A stretch of 19,893 nucleotides of DNA from Methanobacteriaceae archaeon (GCA_003558085.1 PWMT01000146.1:1-19893); one strand, 5' to 3'. Counted from the first letter of the stretch, positions 1 through 8,685 are shown. The notes: generated by a model from the sequence alone, not told the origin. Translations and numbers: made by a program.

Positions 1-1
1 C

Positions 2-1246
2 AGAGTTAGAAATTTCATTGAAAACAATAGAAGACTACCCAACTTTGTAACCATCAACAACCAACAAGTACAAATGTCTGACTTCCTACACATGCTAAGT
101 ACAACCACCATAAACTTAGAAGATAGCCATACTGGCCGAGTAACCCAATATGATGTACAAGCACCTGATTATAGTGTTGATAAAGTTAATGCCGGAAATA
201 TTCAAAGACCAGAGTATGTTGAACTTGCAAGAAATATCTTAAATAAAATTGAAACTACTGGTCAAGCAACACCATCCATAGAGTCCAGTCAAGGAATCAT
301 CAGTTACGAATCACAAATCTATCTTTACTCCCGTATTGTAGCCTTCCACCGCACAAGAAATAGATTACCCAATTTTGCATCTATAAGTAGTTGGAGTGGA
401 CAAAAGTTACCCGATAGCTCCCCAGGGACAGGACCAACACCACCAGAACAAGAAAAACCACCAGTTATAAAAACCTATACCTTATCCCAAATACAAAATG
501 CTGCCTCAGTAGTAAGAAACTATATAGAAACAAATAGAATTCTACCTAAACACGTATTAATCGCTAATCACCAAGTACCTATCTCAGACTTTTTAGATCT
601 ACTAACTAAAGCAACTTTGAATATTAATAGAGGAATAAATACTGCAATAGAGCAAAATAACCTAAAAATACCGGATCACAGTACAGAACAAATAAATAGT
701 GGCAATATTTATCGAATAGAATACATTGTACTTGCAAATAATATTCAAAAATACATGGCAAAAGAAAATGAAGCACCTTTTGCTATAACTACTACAAGAG
801 GACCTGTCAGCTTTGAATCACAGATATATCTTTACTCACGAATAGTAGATTTCTATGGATCTAGAAATAGATTACCCAATTTTGCATCAATAAATCCTTG
901 GAATGGAGAAAAATTACCAACTTCGCCAGCCAATTCAGAGCCTGTACCCTTAATAGAGACTCTTTCATCGCCACCACATCTAAATGCAGGATATGAGGTG
1001 GAAATAGAACCAGGAATTGTGCGTGCTACCGCTAAATGTACCTGTGGTATACGAAGTTATAGTAATTATCATGAATCGACCTTTGTTAACTATTGCGTCC
1101 GATGTGGAACCCACGGCACACTTTTATGGAATCCTAAAGGAGTTGTAGATGGTGAATGGACTTGCGCTAGATGCGGTGCAGATTACTGTGGTGCTACCGG
1201 CAAAGAAAAAATGCCTGGAAGCAGACCCTTCTTAATTCGAGCTTAA
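2..1246 (+). CDS. Pseudomurein-binding repeat protein with C-terminal Cys-rich putative metal-binding domain (5' partial)
   Basis: The frame is open from base 2 (RVRNFIENNRRLPNFVTINNQQVQMSDFL...), so the true start lies upstream of the window. Repeated PMBR-type motifs: RVRNFIENNRRLPNFV, VVRNYIETNRILPKHV, and YLYSRIV...RNRLPNF twice. Pro-rich linkers. C-terminus CTC...CVRC...WNPKG...EWTCARCGADYC. Confidence 0.88.
   Translation, partial: RVRNFIENNRRLPNFVTINNQQVQMSDFLHMLSTTTINLEDSHTGRVTQYDVQAPDYSVDKVNAGNIQRPEYVELARNILNKIETTGQATPSIESSQGIISYESQIYLYSRIVAFHRTRNRLPNFASISSWSGQKLPDSSPGTGPTPPEQEKPPVIKTYTLSQIQNAASVVRNYIETNRILPKHVLIANHQVPISDFLDLLTKATLNINRGINTAIEQNNLKIPDHSTEQINSGNIYRIEYIVLANNIQKYMAKENEAPFAITTTRGPVSFESQIYLYSRIVDFYGSRNRLPNFASINPWNGEKLPTSPANSEPVPLIETLSSPPHLNAGYEVEIEPGIVRATAKCTCGIRSYSNYHESTFVNYCVRCGTHGTLLWNPKGVVDGEWTCARCGADYCGATGKEKMPGSRPFLIRA
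356..888 (+). repeat. Intragenic direct repeat (PMBR module duplication)
   Basis: Identical 26-mer agaaatagattacccaattttgcatc at 356-381 and 863-888, inside a longer imperfect repeat that encodes ESQIYLYSRIV..RNRLPNFASI twice. Confidence 0.85.
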
Positions 1247-1257
1247 AACTATAAAAA

Positions 1258-1298
1258 CTTTTTTTTTATTTTTTTTTATTATTTTTTTAGATTTTTTC
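1258..1298 (+). terminator. Oligo-T tract, probable archaeal transcription terminator
   Basis: Several T6-T10 runs start 12 bp after the stop codon at 1246. Confidence 0.55.
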
Positions 1299-1647
1299 AA
1301 ATCAATTAGAGATTCTAATAATATAATAGTAATATGGGAATATCATTAATTAAACATCTTTAATAAAATTCTAACTATGAAATTATGATTTCTATTTATA
1401 AAGTAAGAACCTAAGTTTAATCCTTTTTAAAGTTATGAGATCTTATTTAAGATAATACTATCTTAGTAGAAATTATTTAAAAAAAATCTTAGAACTTCTT
1501 TTTCTCACTAGAATAATTTTTAATAATTGTTGAGTTTGTCAAGGAACTAAAGCAGATCATAGAAAAAAAATTTAAAATTAAAATCAACTCCGAGGATGTC
1601 TAAAATGCTAAAAAGAGTTCAATAATAATCTTTTTTTTGATTTAAAA

Positions 1648-1665
1648 GAAAAAACTTTATATAAG
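1648..1665 (+). promoter_or_regulatory. Putative BRE + TATA box for the 1739 gene
   Basis: A purine run (gaaaaaac) is followed by tttatata at 1656-1663, about 75 bp upstream of the GTG start. A ggggcgtg SD-like motif lies at about 1725. Confidence 0.5.
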
Positions 1666-1738
1666 ATTAATTATACTATAATTTTGTTATAATCTACCCT
1701 AAAAAAAAAATCCAATATTATAAAGGGGCGTGTAACAA

Positions 1739-3163
1739 GTGAAAAAACAATATCTATTTTTGGTAGCTATATTATTATTTTCAATAGCTATCTGTGGAGC
1801 AGTAAATGCTTCAGATGCCAATTGTTCAGTCGCTGATTCAGAGATAAACGAAACTATAAATTATGAAACATCATTTGATGCAGAGAATGGTTCCCTAGAT
1901 TGTGAGGAAACTGTTTTTCAGAGCTTAGAATCTGATGAAGGCCAAGGTGGTTTTAATTCAGATACCTTGAATAACTATGATGATTTTTCAAGTTCCAATG
2001 CATCTTATGGTATAGCTAACAGTAAAACCATAAAAGTATTAATCTATAATGGATCAAATACTAGTTCAAATTCGATCAATGGAGTGATAAGTGATTTAAA
2101 TTACGCCAATAATAATAATAGCATTCCAGGAGTCACATTTACTTATAATACTTCCAGTGTTATAAATCAAAACACATTATCCGGATATGATCTTTTGGTT
2201 ATGCCTGGGGGTACTAGTGGACGCATTTATTTAAGGGATGTCAATGGTGATGTTATTAGAAATTTCGTTTCAAATGGTGGGGGATTCCTGGGAATATGTG
2301 CCGGAGCATATGCCGCATCTAATAGAGTTCACGGTAGTGGTATTGACTATAATGGTTGGGGAATAGCACCTAACGTTAATTCTAGAGTAGTAAATTATGT
2401 TGGTAGTTTAACACTTCAAATAACCTCCGCTGGTCAAAGCCTGTTCAATTTAGAAGGTTTACAGCAAATAACTCATGTTAATGGGCCGGCCATGTATGGT
2501 GTAAGTGGCAATATCGATTCTTTTGCCAATTATGCTGATAATAATACCGGTTTTAGAAATTATTCAGCCATATTAGGGGACTTTTTTGGTAAGGGCAGAG
2601 TTGCTCTAGTAGGACCACATCCCGAATTAACTACCGGTGCCTTTACTTATATACCTCAACTTATCGCATGGGCCACAGATCACATCATAACTGATCCGCC
2701 TAGCCATCCTGGTAATGATCAGTTGATATCTACAGGTAATGTTTATTCTATTAACCAGTTAACTGATGCAAGTAACCGAGTTAGGAGTTTTATTGCAAGA
2801 AATAACCGATTACCTAACTTCGTAACCATCTCCAACCAACAAGTAGGAATGTCCGACTTCCTATACTTACTAACCCGAGCCACCAACAACATAAATCAAG
2901 GAAACTTAAACTCAATAATACAATATAAAGTAGCTAACCCCACCCACAGTCGCAGTGAAACCAGATCCGGAAACATACAACGCACAGAATACATAAACAT
3001 AGCCCAACAAATCAACCATTACATAGAAACCAATGCTAAAGCACCACAATCCATAAATTCCTCACAAGGCCACCTAGGATACGAAACACTAATCGACCTC
3101 TACTCCAGAATCATAGGCTTCTACGGCACACATAGAAGATTACCAAATCATGCATCTTTATGA
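1739..3163 (+). CDS. Secreted BPL-N / class I glutamine amidotransferase-like protein with C-terminal pseudomurein-binding repeats
   Basis: Signal peptide (MKKQ, hydrophobic core, GAVNA/SD), then an acidic linker. The BPL-N-like domain shows YDLLVMPGG, FVSNGGGFLGICAGAY (nucleophile-elbow Cys187) and GKGRVALVGPHPE (His294, Glu296). The C-terminus has PMBR motifs RVRSFIARNNRLPNFV and LYSRIIGFYGTHRRLPN. Confidence 0.85.
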   Translation: MKKQYLFLVAILLFSIAICGAVNASDANCSVADSEINETINYETSFDAENGSLDCEETVFQSLESDEGQGGFNSDTLNNYDDFSSSNASYGIANSKTIKVLIYNGSNTSSNSINGVISDLNYANNNNSIPGVTFTYNTSSVINQNTLSGYDLLVMPGGTSGRIYLRDVNGDVIRNFVSNGGGFLGICAGAYAASNRVHGSGIDYNGWGIAPNVNSRVVNYVGSLTLQITSAGQSLFNLEGLQQITHVNGPAMYGVSGNIDSFANYADNNTGFRNYSAILGDFFGKGRVALVGPHPELTTGAFTYIPQLIAWATDHIITDPPSHPGNDQLISTGNVYSINQLTDASNRVRSFIARNNRLPNFVTISNQQVGMSDFLYLLTRATNNINQGNLNSIIQYKVANPTHSRSETRSGNIQRTEYINIAQQINHYIETNAKAPQSINSSQGHLGYETLIDLYSRIIGFYGTHRRLPNHASL

Positions 3164-3456
3164 CCTTAATTAGGAATAATTAGTAGAAAAATTACAAAGA
3201 CAATAGAGTGCAATAAAAATATATTCAAAAAAAAATCAGTGCAGGTTTAATACTGCTAGATTTAGGATTCCGGATTATGTAATACGCGTTACCTAATTCG
3301 GATCTACTATTTTATTTTTTTTAATAAGTAGAAACGAGTTATTATAACTATTAGAGGTTAAACTTTTTTTAAATAGCATGTCAGAATCCAAGATGAAACC
3401 AGACCAAAAATAAAAATCGTATTTTAGATTATATTAGCAGAAAAAATAGGGAAAAA

Positions 3457-4485
3457 TCATTTTTTCATATATAAAGTCCGGATAGGGAAGGGAATTACAA
3501 TACCTTCCTGATTATATCTTTGGTGTAATCTTTTTATAAATTCGTGTTTTAGGCGGTACTGTTCAATAAATTCTTTAGCACTTAAAATTACATTAAAATT
3601 GATACTAGAATCATCGAACTGAAAAAAACGTATATATGGTTCAAATCCTGGTTCAGCAGCATCTAATTCTAACATGACTTCATTAGCAACTTCTATTGTA
3701 ATTTTTTCTACTTTTTCCAGGTCACTATCATAGGCCACCCCTACCGGTACCATTACCAGTAATTCTTTATGTTCCTGATGGTAATTGGTAATGATGGATG
3801 AGGCCATCTTAGAATTAGGCACTAGAATGATATTATTGGATAGGGGTTTGATGGTAGTGTTACGCCAGGTGATATCTTTAACATAGCCTTCTTCACCACT
3901 TTCTAACCTAATATAATCACCTATTTCAATTTCACCGGAAGATAAAATATTTATACCAGAAAACATGTTTGAAAGTGTGTCTTCTAAAGCTAAAGCCACT
4001 GCTAAACCACCAAGACCAAAAGCAGTAAGCATAGGAGTTATAGGGATTCCTAAAAATTGGATTATAACCAGTAAACCTATAAGAAATATAATGATCCTGG
4101 TGATATTGGCAAATAAAGAAGTGGAGGATAAAACACCCTCTGCATTTTTGGTATATAAATTTACAAAACCTGCTAATAAACGGCCTATCCACCAGCTAAA
4201 ACCTAATATTAAGGCGATGATTAAGATTTGATCAATTAGAAATTGGGTTTCTGGTAAAAGATTTATGGTATTAACCGCTGCATATGCTCCGGCAATAGTA
4301 AATGTAAAAAGAAATATGCCCCTTAAAGAATATATGAAGATTTGAAATAAATAATTGTTCCTTTTAATGGCTGTTTCTTTGATTTTCCTGTAAACTATTA
4401 GTTCTAAGACTATTCCCACTATAATTCCTGTTAAGAAAAAAAGTACAGGTAATAAAATTTCATTCCAATACGTTCTCATTTTCAC
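3457..4485 (-). CDS. mscS: Small-conductance mechanosensitive channel, MscS family
   Basis: N-terminal TM helices. Motifs GLGGLAVALALEDTLSNMFSGI, IGDYI...EGYVKDITWRNTTI, VPNS, GVAYDSDLEKV and GIVIPFP are typical of MscS. Confidence 0.93.
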   Translation of the reverse strand: MKMRTYWNEILLPVLFFLTGIIVGIVLELIVYRKIKETAIKRNNYLFQIFIYSLRGIFLFTFTIAGAYAAVNTINLLPETQFLIDQILIIALILGFSWWIGRLLAGFVNLYTKNAEGVLSSTSLFANITRIIIFLIGLLVIIQFLGIPITPMLTAFGLGGLAVALALEDTLSNMFSGINILSSGEIEIGDYIRLESGEEGYVKDITWRNTTIKPLSNNIILVPNSKMASSIITNYHQEHKELLVMVPVGVAYDSDLEKVEKITIEVANEVMLELDAAEPGFEPYIRFFQFDDSSINFNVILSAKEFIEQYRLKHEFIKRLHQRYNQEGIVIPFPIRTLYMKK

Positions 4486-4749
4486 GACCTACTAAAAAGC
4501 TTGGCCAATAATTTTTTAAGCCTAACTATATATAATTTTAGAATAATTTCTAAAAAAAGAAAATAAGTATATATAATTATTAATTTTTAAATCCTTATAT
4601 TTTTATTCAAGTTTTTAAAGTAATTTGAAAATTTAATCCAAGTTTCTAAAAAAGAATAATAAAATAATTTGGAATGTGGAAGCTATTAATTAAGATTTTT
4701 ATTCCTTACATACCCAAAAAATAATCTATATCAAGGCAAAGGTATACTC

Positions 4750-5991
4750 ATGGAAATCATTAAAGGAATAGGTACTAGTTCCCATATAGGTGTAGGTAAA
4801 GTACGAAAAATAGAAAGATTTGCTGATACCTTAAAAATTAAACCCGGCGAAATAGTGGTGGCTAAAAGAGCTTCTAGAGATATGATTACCTATCTTCAAA
4901 AAGCAGGTGGAGTGATCACTGATTTTGGGGGTATTACCAGTCATATTGCCATTACTTTACGGGAACTAAAGATACCCTGTATAGTGGGTACGGAAAATGC
5001 TAGTGAAATATTAGAACCAGGCATGTTGGTTACGGTGGATGGTACTACTGGTAAAGTATTTGAAGGTTTTATGGAATTAGAAGATAAAAAAGAAATTATT
5101 CAATATTATAGTCCTTCTACTAATATTAAAGTAAATTTAAATATCCCTGAAATCGCAGCTCAAACTGCGCCTTTAGCCAGAGGTGTGGGCTCTATTAGAA
5201 CTGAAATAATTATTACCCGTACCAGAAAACATCCCCATATACTTTTAAAAGAAGGTAGTTTAAGCGAAATTTTAGCCAACGGGGTGAGGGATATAGTAGA
5301 TGCTTTTTATCCTAAACCGGTATGGTTTAGAACTTTTGATATAGTAACTGATGAATTGAGAAACTTAAAAGGTGGAGATATAGAATTTAAAGAATCAAAT
5401 CCTCTTTTAGGTTTTAGAGGGATATATAAGGATATTAATCATGTTGATATATTGATGGCACAGTTTGAAGCGATTAAAATTTTAATAGAGGAAGGGTATT
5501 ATAATATAGGATTAAAGATGCCCTTTTTAAGAGATCTTTCAGAATACATTCAGGCCAAGAAAATCTTAAAAAAAGTCGGTTTAAAAGCACATCGCGACCT
5601 GCAGGTGGGTGTTAGTGTGGAAACTCCATCAGTAGTGTTTACCCTAGATGAGTTCTTTAAGGAAGGAGTGGATTTTATATCCATTGGGATGAGTGATTTG
5701 ACTATGTGTGCTTTAGCAATAGATCGGCGGGGATTAAAAGTGGCTAAACATTACGATCTAATGCATCCGGCGGTGTTAAAAATGGTGGAAATAACCATCC
5801 GCAAATGTCGAGAAAATAAGATTGAAAGCGCTATCTGTGGCCATGCTGCTAGTGATCAGGAGATAATTAAAAAGGTTATGGAATATGGTATTAGTAGTAT
5901 TTCTACTAATCCTGACCAAATTTTAAAGATTCGTAAGTTGGTTTATCAATTGGAAAAAAGAGCCTTGTTAAATAGTATTAGAAAAAATTAG
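4750..5991 (+). CDS. PEP-utilising enzyme family protein (phospho-His swivel domain plus PEP/pyruvate-binding barrel, no nucleotide-binding domain)
   Basis: GGVITDFGGITSHIAITLRELKIPCIVGT is the mobile-domain phospho-His motif (His65). C-terminal barrel motifs: GVGSIRTE, FRTFD, ESNPLLGFRG, VETP, SIGMSDLT, ICG (Cys363). Only 413 aa, with no ATP-grasp N-domain. Confidence 0.85.
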   Translation: MEIIKGIGTSSHIGVGKVRKIERFADTLKIKPGEIVVAKRASRDMITYLQKAGGVITDFGGITSHIAITLRELKIPCIVGTENASEILEPGMLVTVDGTTGKVFEGFMELEDKKEIIQYYSPSTNIKVNLNIPEIAAQTAPLARGVGSIRTEIIITRTRKHPHILLKEGSLSEILANGVRDIVDAFYPKPVWFRTFDIVTDELRNLKGGDIEFKESNPLLGFRGIYKDINHVDILMAQFEAIKILIEEGYYNIGLKMPFLRDLSEYIQAKKILKKVGLKAHRDLQVGVSVETPSVVFTLDEFFKEGVDFISIGMSDLTMCALAIDRRGLKVAKHYDLMHPAVLKMVEITIRKCRENKIESAICGHAASDQEIIKKVMEYGISSISTNPDQILKIRKLVYQLEKRALLNSIRKN

Positions 5992-6048
5992 GGCATAATT
6001 AACCCTGCTTCAATATTTTTTGGGGATTAGATGGTTTAATTTAAATAA

Positions 6049-6552
6049 TTATTTTTTAAATTTTTTCAGAGATACTTTGAGTGAATTAAGCAACGGTTTA
6101 AAGGTAGTGGGTGTTGTTGAAGTATCCTCTTCTTGTTTTTGATATTTTATAAGATTAATCTGATTAGTTACAAAATCATGCAACCAGTCTGCCAAGGGAT
6201 AATCCAGTAAATTTTCCAGATATACCCAAGCATATCCTTCATGTTCCTGACTTAAGTTTAATTTACCCTCCATCACCCTACCAGACATGATGATATGGAC
6301 TGCCCTGATTAAATGCAGATTTTGCTCAGAAACACCAACCACATGATCTAGTGTTATTTTAAGTTTGGTTTCTTCATAAACTTCTCTAATCAAAGCCTGA
6401 TCGAATGATTCCCCAGGATCTACCTTTCCACCCGGAAGTTCCCATTTACCAGGATTAGTTTTTGAATCCGTAGATCTTTTGATTATTAAAATTTTTTCCT
6501 TATCATCTAGTAGAAGTACTCTCACTGCCAAGCCAAAAATATGTTTTATCAT
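6049..6552 (-). CDS. Nudix hydrolase (MutT-like)
   Basis: Nudix box [28 protein letters not shown] and an LSQEH motif. Basic C-terminal tail. Confidence 0.92.
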   Translation of the reverse strand: MIKHIFGLAVRVLLLDDKEKILIIKRSTDSKTNPGKWELPGGKVDPGESFDQALIREVYEETKLKITLDHVVGVSEQNLHLIRAVHIIMSGRVMEGKLNLSQEHEGYAWVYLENLLDYPLADWLHDFVTNQINLIKYQKQEEDTSTTPTTFKPLLNSLKVSLKKFKK

Positions 6553-7056
6553 TAAATCTCCGCTAATTTATAATTTATAAAGTTCTTAATTTTTTATTAA
6601 TTTCTGGGTTTAAAAGCTTTGAGTACTAAATTTTTTCTTCTAGTTCATTAAATTAAACCATATTTTTAATCAACTCCAGTATTCATGGGTTAAAATAAGA
6701 TTTTTTAAGGTTCCATCCAACTACTCCTAAATAATATGGTATTTTATTTATAGGGTTTAATTTCAGGGAAAAATAAATAATTTTAGAAATCATTTTAAGA
6801 TTAAATATCTGGAATTAGTAGATTTGTACTTCGGATCCGTGCTAGTGTTGTTATAAAATAAAAACAATAGAGGAACCAATATTTCGCAAAACAATTGAAA
6901 ATTAGATCCTCGAATATAAAAATATGAAAAAAGACTTTAAAAACCGTTATTCGGGATATTACAATTTTAATGTCCGTGAATATAAATAAGAATCTTCTAA
7001 ATAAAAATAGTGATAAATATATAAAGTTTTAACTATATAAATATTACTATTAGGAG

Positions 7057-7452
7057 TTGATGAAGATGGGTGAATATGAGGAAATTTTAAAGGATATTGA
7101 AAAAAAATTAGGTATGATTCCCGATTATGTTAAATTTATACCGAAAAATATCCTAGAACATGATTGGGCTATTTCTAAGAAAACTTATGAGGAAGAAACC
7201 AAAATTCCAGGTAAATATAAACAATTAATTGGATTAGCTGGAGCAATAGGTATGAAAAGTCACTACTGGGCACAAAGCTATGAAACTGCAGCTAAACATG
7301 AAGGAGCAACAGACGAAGAAATAGCTGAAGTCTACAATATGATTAGCTATGATTCAAGATGGGATATGATCCTCCAGGCTAAAAATTATGAAATGGAAAC
7401 CGTCAAAAAAGAATTTAAAAAAGAATATGAACTAAAATACGGGAAAAAATAG
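7057..7452 (+). CDS. Carboxymuconolactone decarboxylase (CMD/AhpD-like) family protein, CxxC absent
   Basis: IPGKYKQLIGLAGA...AAKHEGATDEEIAE matches the CMD core pattern. SHYW occupies the CxxC position. The real start is probably ATG 7060 or 7066 (SD aggag at 7052). Confidence 0.8.
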   Translation: MMKMGEYEEILKDIEKKLGMIPDYVKFIPKNILEHDWAISKKTYEEETKIPGKYKQLIGLAGAIGMKSHYWAQSYETAAKHEGATDEEIAEVYNMISYDSRWDMILQAKNYEMETVKKEFKKEYELKYGKK

Positions 7453-7483
7453 CTGCAATTATGAAAAAATCCCCTATAATGAT

Positions 7484-7873
7484 TTGGGGGGGGTGATGAA
7501 GATGGGTGAATATGAAGAAACCTTAAAAGAAATAAAAAAAACTGAAGGTAGTGTTCCAAGAATCATAAAGGCCATACCTAAAGAAGTCGTTGCTCATGAA
7601 TGGGCCATAATTAAGAAATTTACATTTGAAGAAAGTAAAATTCCGGCAAAATATAGAGAACTGATTGAACTTGCAGCAGCCATCAGTGCAAGAGATCCCT
7701 ACATTATTCATGAGCAGATAGCTTATGTCAAATCTATAGGGGTTACAGATGAAGAAATAAAAGAAGTAGCATATCTATGTAGTTTAATTCTCAGAATTGG
7801 TATTTTATATCATGGCATGGATTATGACCTGGATACCTTTAAAAAAGAAATCAAAGAACTATTAGAGGAATAA
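7484..7873 (+). CDS. Second CMD/AhpD-like paralogue, CxxC absent
   Basis: IPAKYRELIELAAA...GVTDEEIKEV, with DPYI at the CxxC position. The start region (tgatgaagatgggtgaatatga) is identical to that of the upstream paralogue. The real start is probably ATG 7496 or 7502. Confidence 0.8.
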   Translation: MGGVMKMGEYEETLKEIKKTEGSVPRIIKAIPKEVVAHEWAIIKKFTFEESKIPAKYRELIELAAAISARDPYIIHEQIAYVKSIGVTDEEIKEVAYLCSLILRIGILYHGMDYDLDTFKKEIKELLEE

Positions 7874-7897
7874 AATAATTATAAAAAGATATAGTGG

Positions 7898-8233
7898 ATG
7901 TTGATAAGGATGGTATATGCAAGAATAGCCCCTTGGAAATTTAAAAAAGGACAACGCGAAGAAGGCATAAAAACACTAGGATTGGAAGAACTAAATTCCA
8001 TAGTTAATATACCTCGCGGTAAAAAAGATTTTAGAGGATATCTAATTTTCTTCCATGCAGATGATCCTGATGCTGCAGTAATCATCACACTTTGGGACAG
8101 TGAAGAATCTTTAAATAAATCAAGAAAAGAATTAGTTCCAGATGCACTTCGTGAAATAGAGAAATATATGGAAAATCCTCCAGATGCTGATTTAAATAAC
8201 TATAAATTAGATTCAGCAGAACTTTTAATGTAA
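7898..8233 (+). CDS. Antibiotic-biosynthesis-monooxygenase (ABM)-like dimeric alpha+beta barrel protein
   Basis: About 105-111 aa. Pattern ARI..WKFKKGQREE...KDFRGYLIF..DDPDAAVIITLWDSEESL resembles ABM proteins. Confidence 0.65.
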   Translation: MLIRMVYARIAPWKFKKGQREEGIKTLGLEELNSIVNIPRGKKDFRGYLIFFHADDPDAAVIITLWDSEESLNKSRKELVPDALREIEKYMENPPDADLNNYKLDSAELLM

Positions 8234-8685
8234 TTATTTCGTTTAAATAAAGAAAAACTAAACCTAAATCCACTAATACTTAAAATATTTCTTATTTTTT
8301 TTTTATTTCGCCTTAACCCCAATTCTATTTTTAGTTTAAGATATTTCGCCAAGTCCTTAAAGGAGAGCCAAGGAATGTTCTTGCTAAAAGTGAATAATTT
8401 TTGTCAATTATTTTATTATCCAACCCCATATTTTTCATACTAAGTTCCCACTCTCCTTAGAATCTTGTTCATAGAGGCTAATTATGTTGTTGAGTTGCAT
8501 GAGTTTCTGGGATTGAGTAGTTATGTAAGCTTCTCCACTTTCTTTATCTACTCACCTTATCCAGTAGGATGTAAGGGATAAAAACTCAGTAGTTCTAATA
8601 AAAATAGATTAGGTTTTTATACAATAATAATGATAAATTAAAAATAATTATAATTATTTTTCAAGATAAATTATAATTAAAGCAG

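Noticed and set aside
1739..3163. Biotin-protein ligase annotation
   Set aside because: Only the BPL-N-like domain is present. There is no ligase catalytic domain, and the protein has a signal peptide and wall-binding repeats.
3932..4231. ORFs 3932-4192 (-) and 3965-4231 (+)
   Set aside because: Both lie wholly inside mscS (alternate frame and antisense) and have no recognisable motifs.
4750..5991. Calling the gene ppsA or ptsI
   Set aside because: It lacks the nucleotide-binding domain of PEP synthase and the HPr-binding helical domain of enzyme I.
6553..6740. SD-like aggag plus ATG on the minus strand upstream of the Nudix gene
   Set aside because: The frame closes after three codons and the other frames have frequent stops, so no gene or pseudogene can be supported.
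7523..8273. Minus-strand ORFs 7523-7711, 7879-8088 and 8085-8273
   Set aside because: Antisense shadows of the CMD and ABM genes, which have SD motifs and family signatures.
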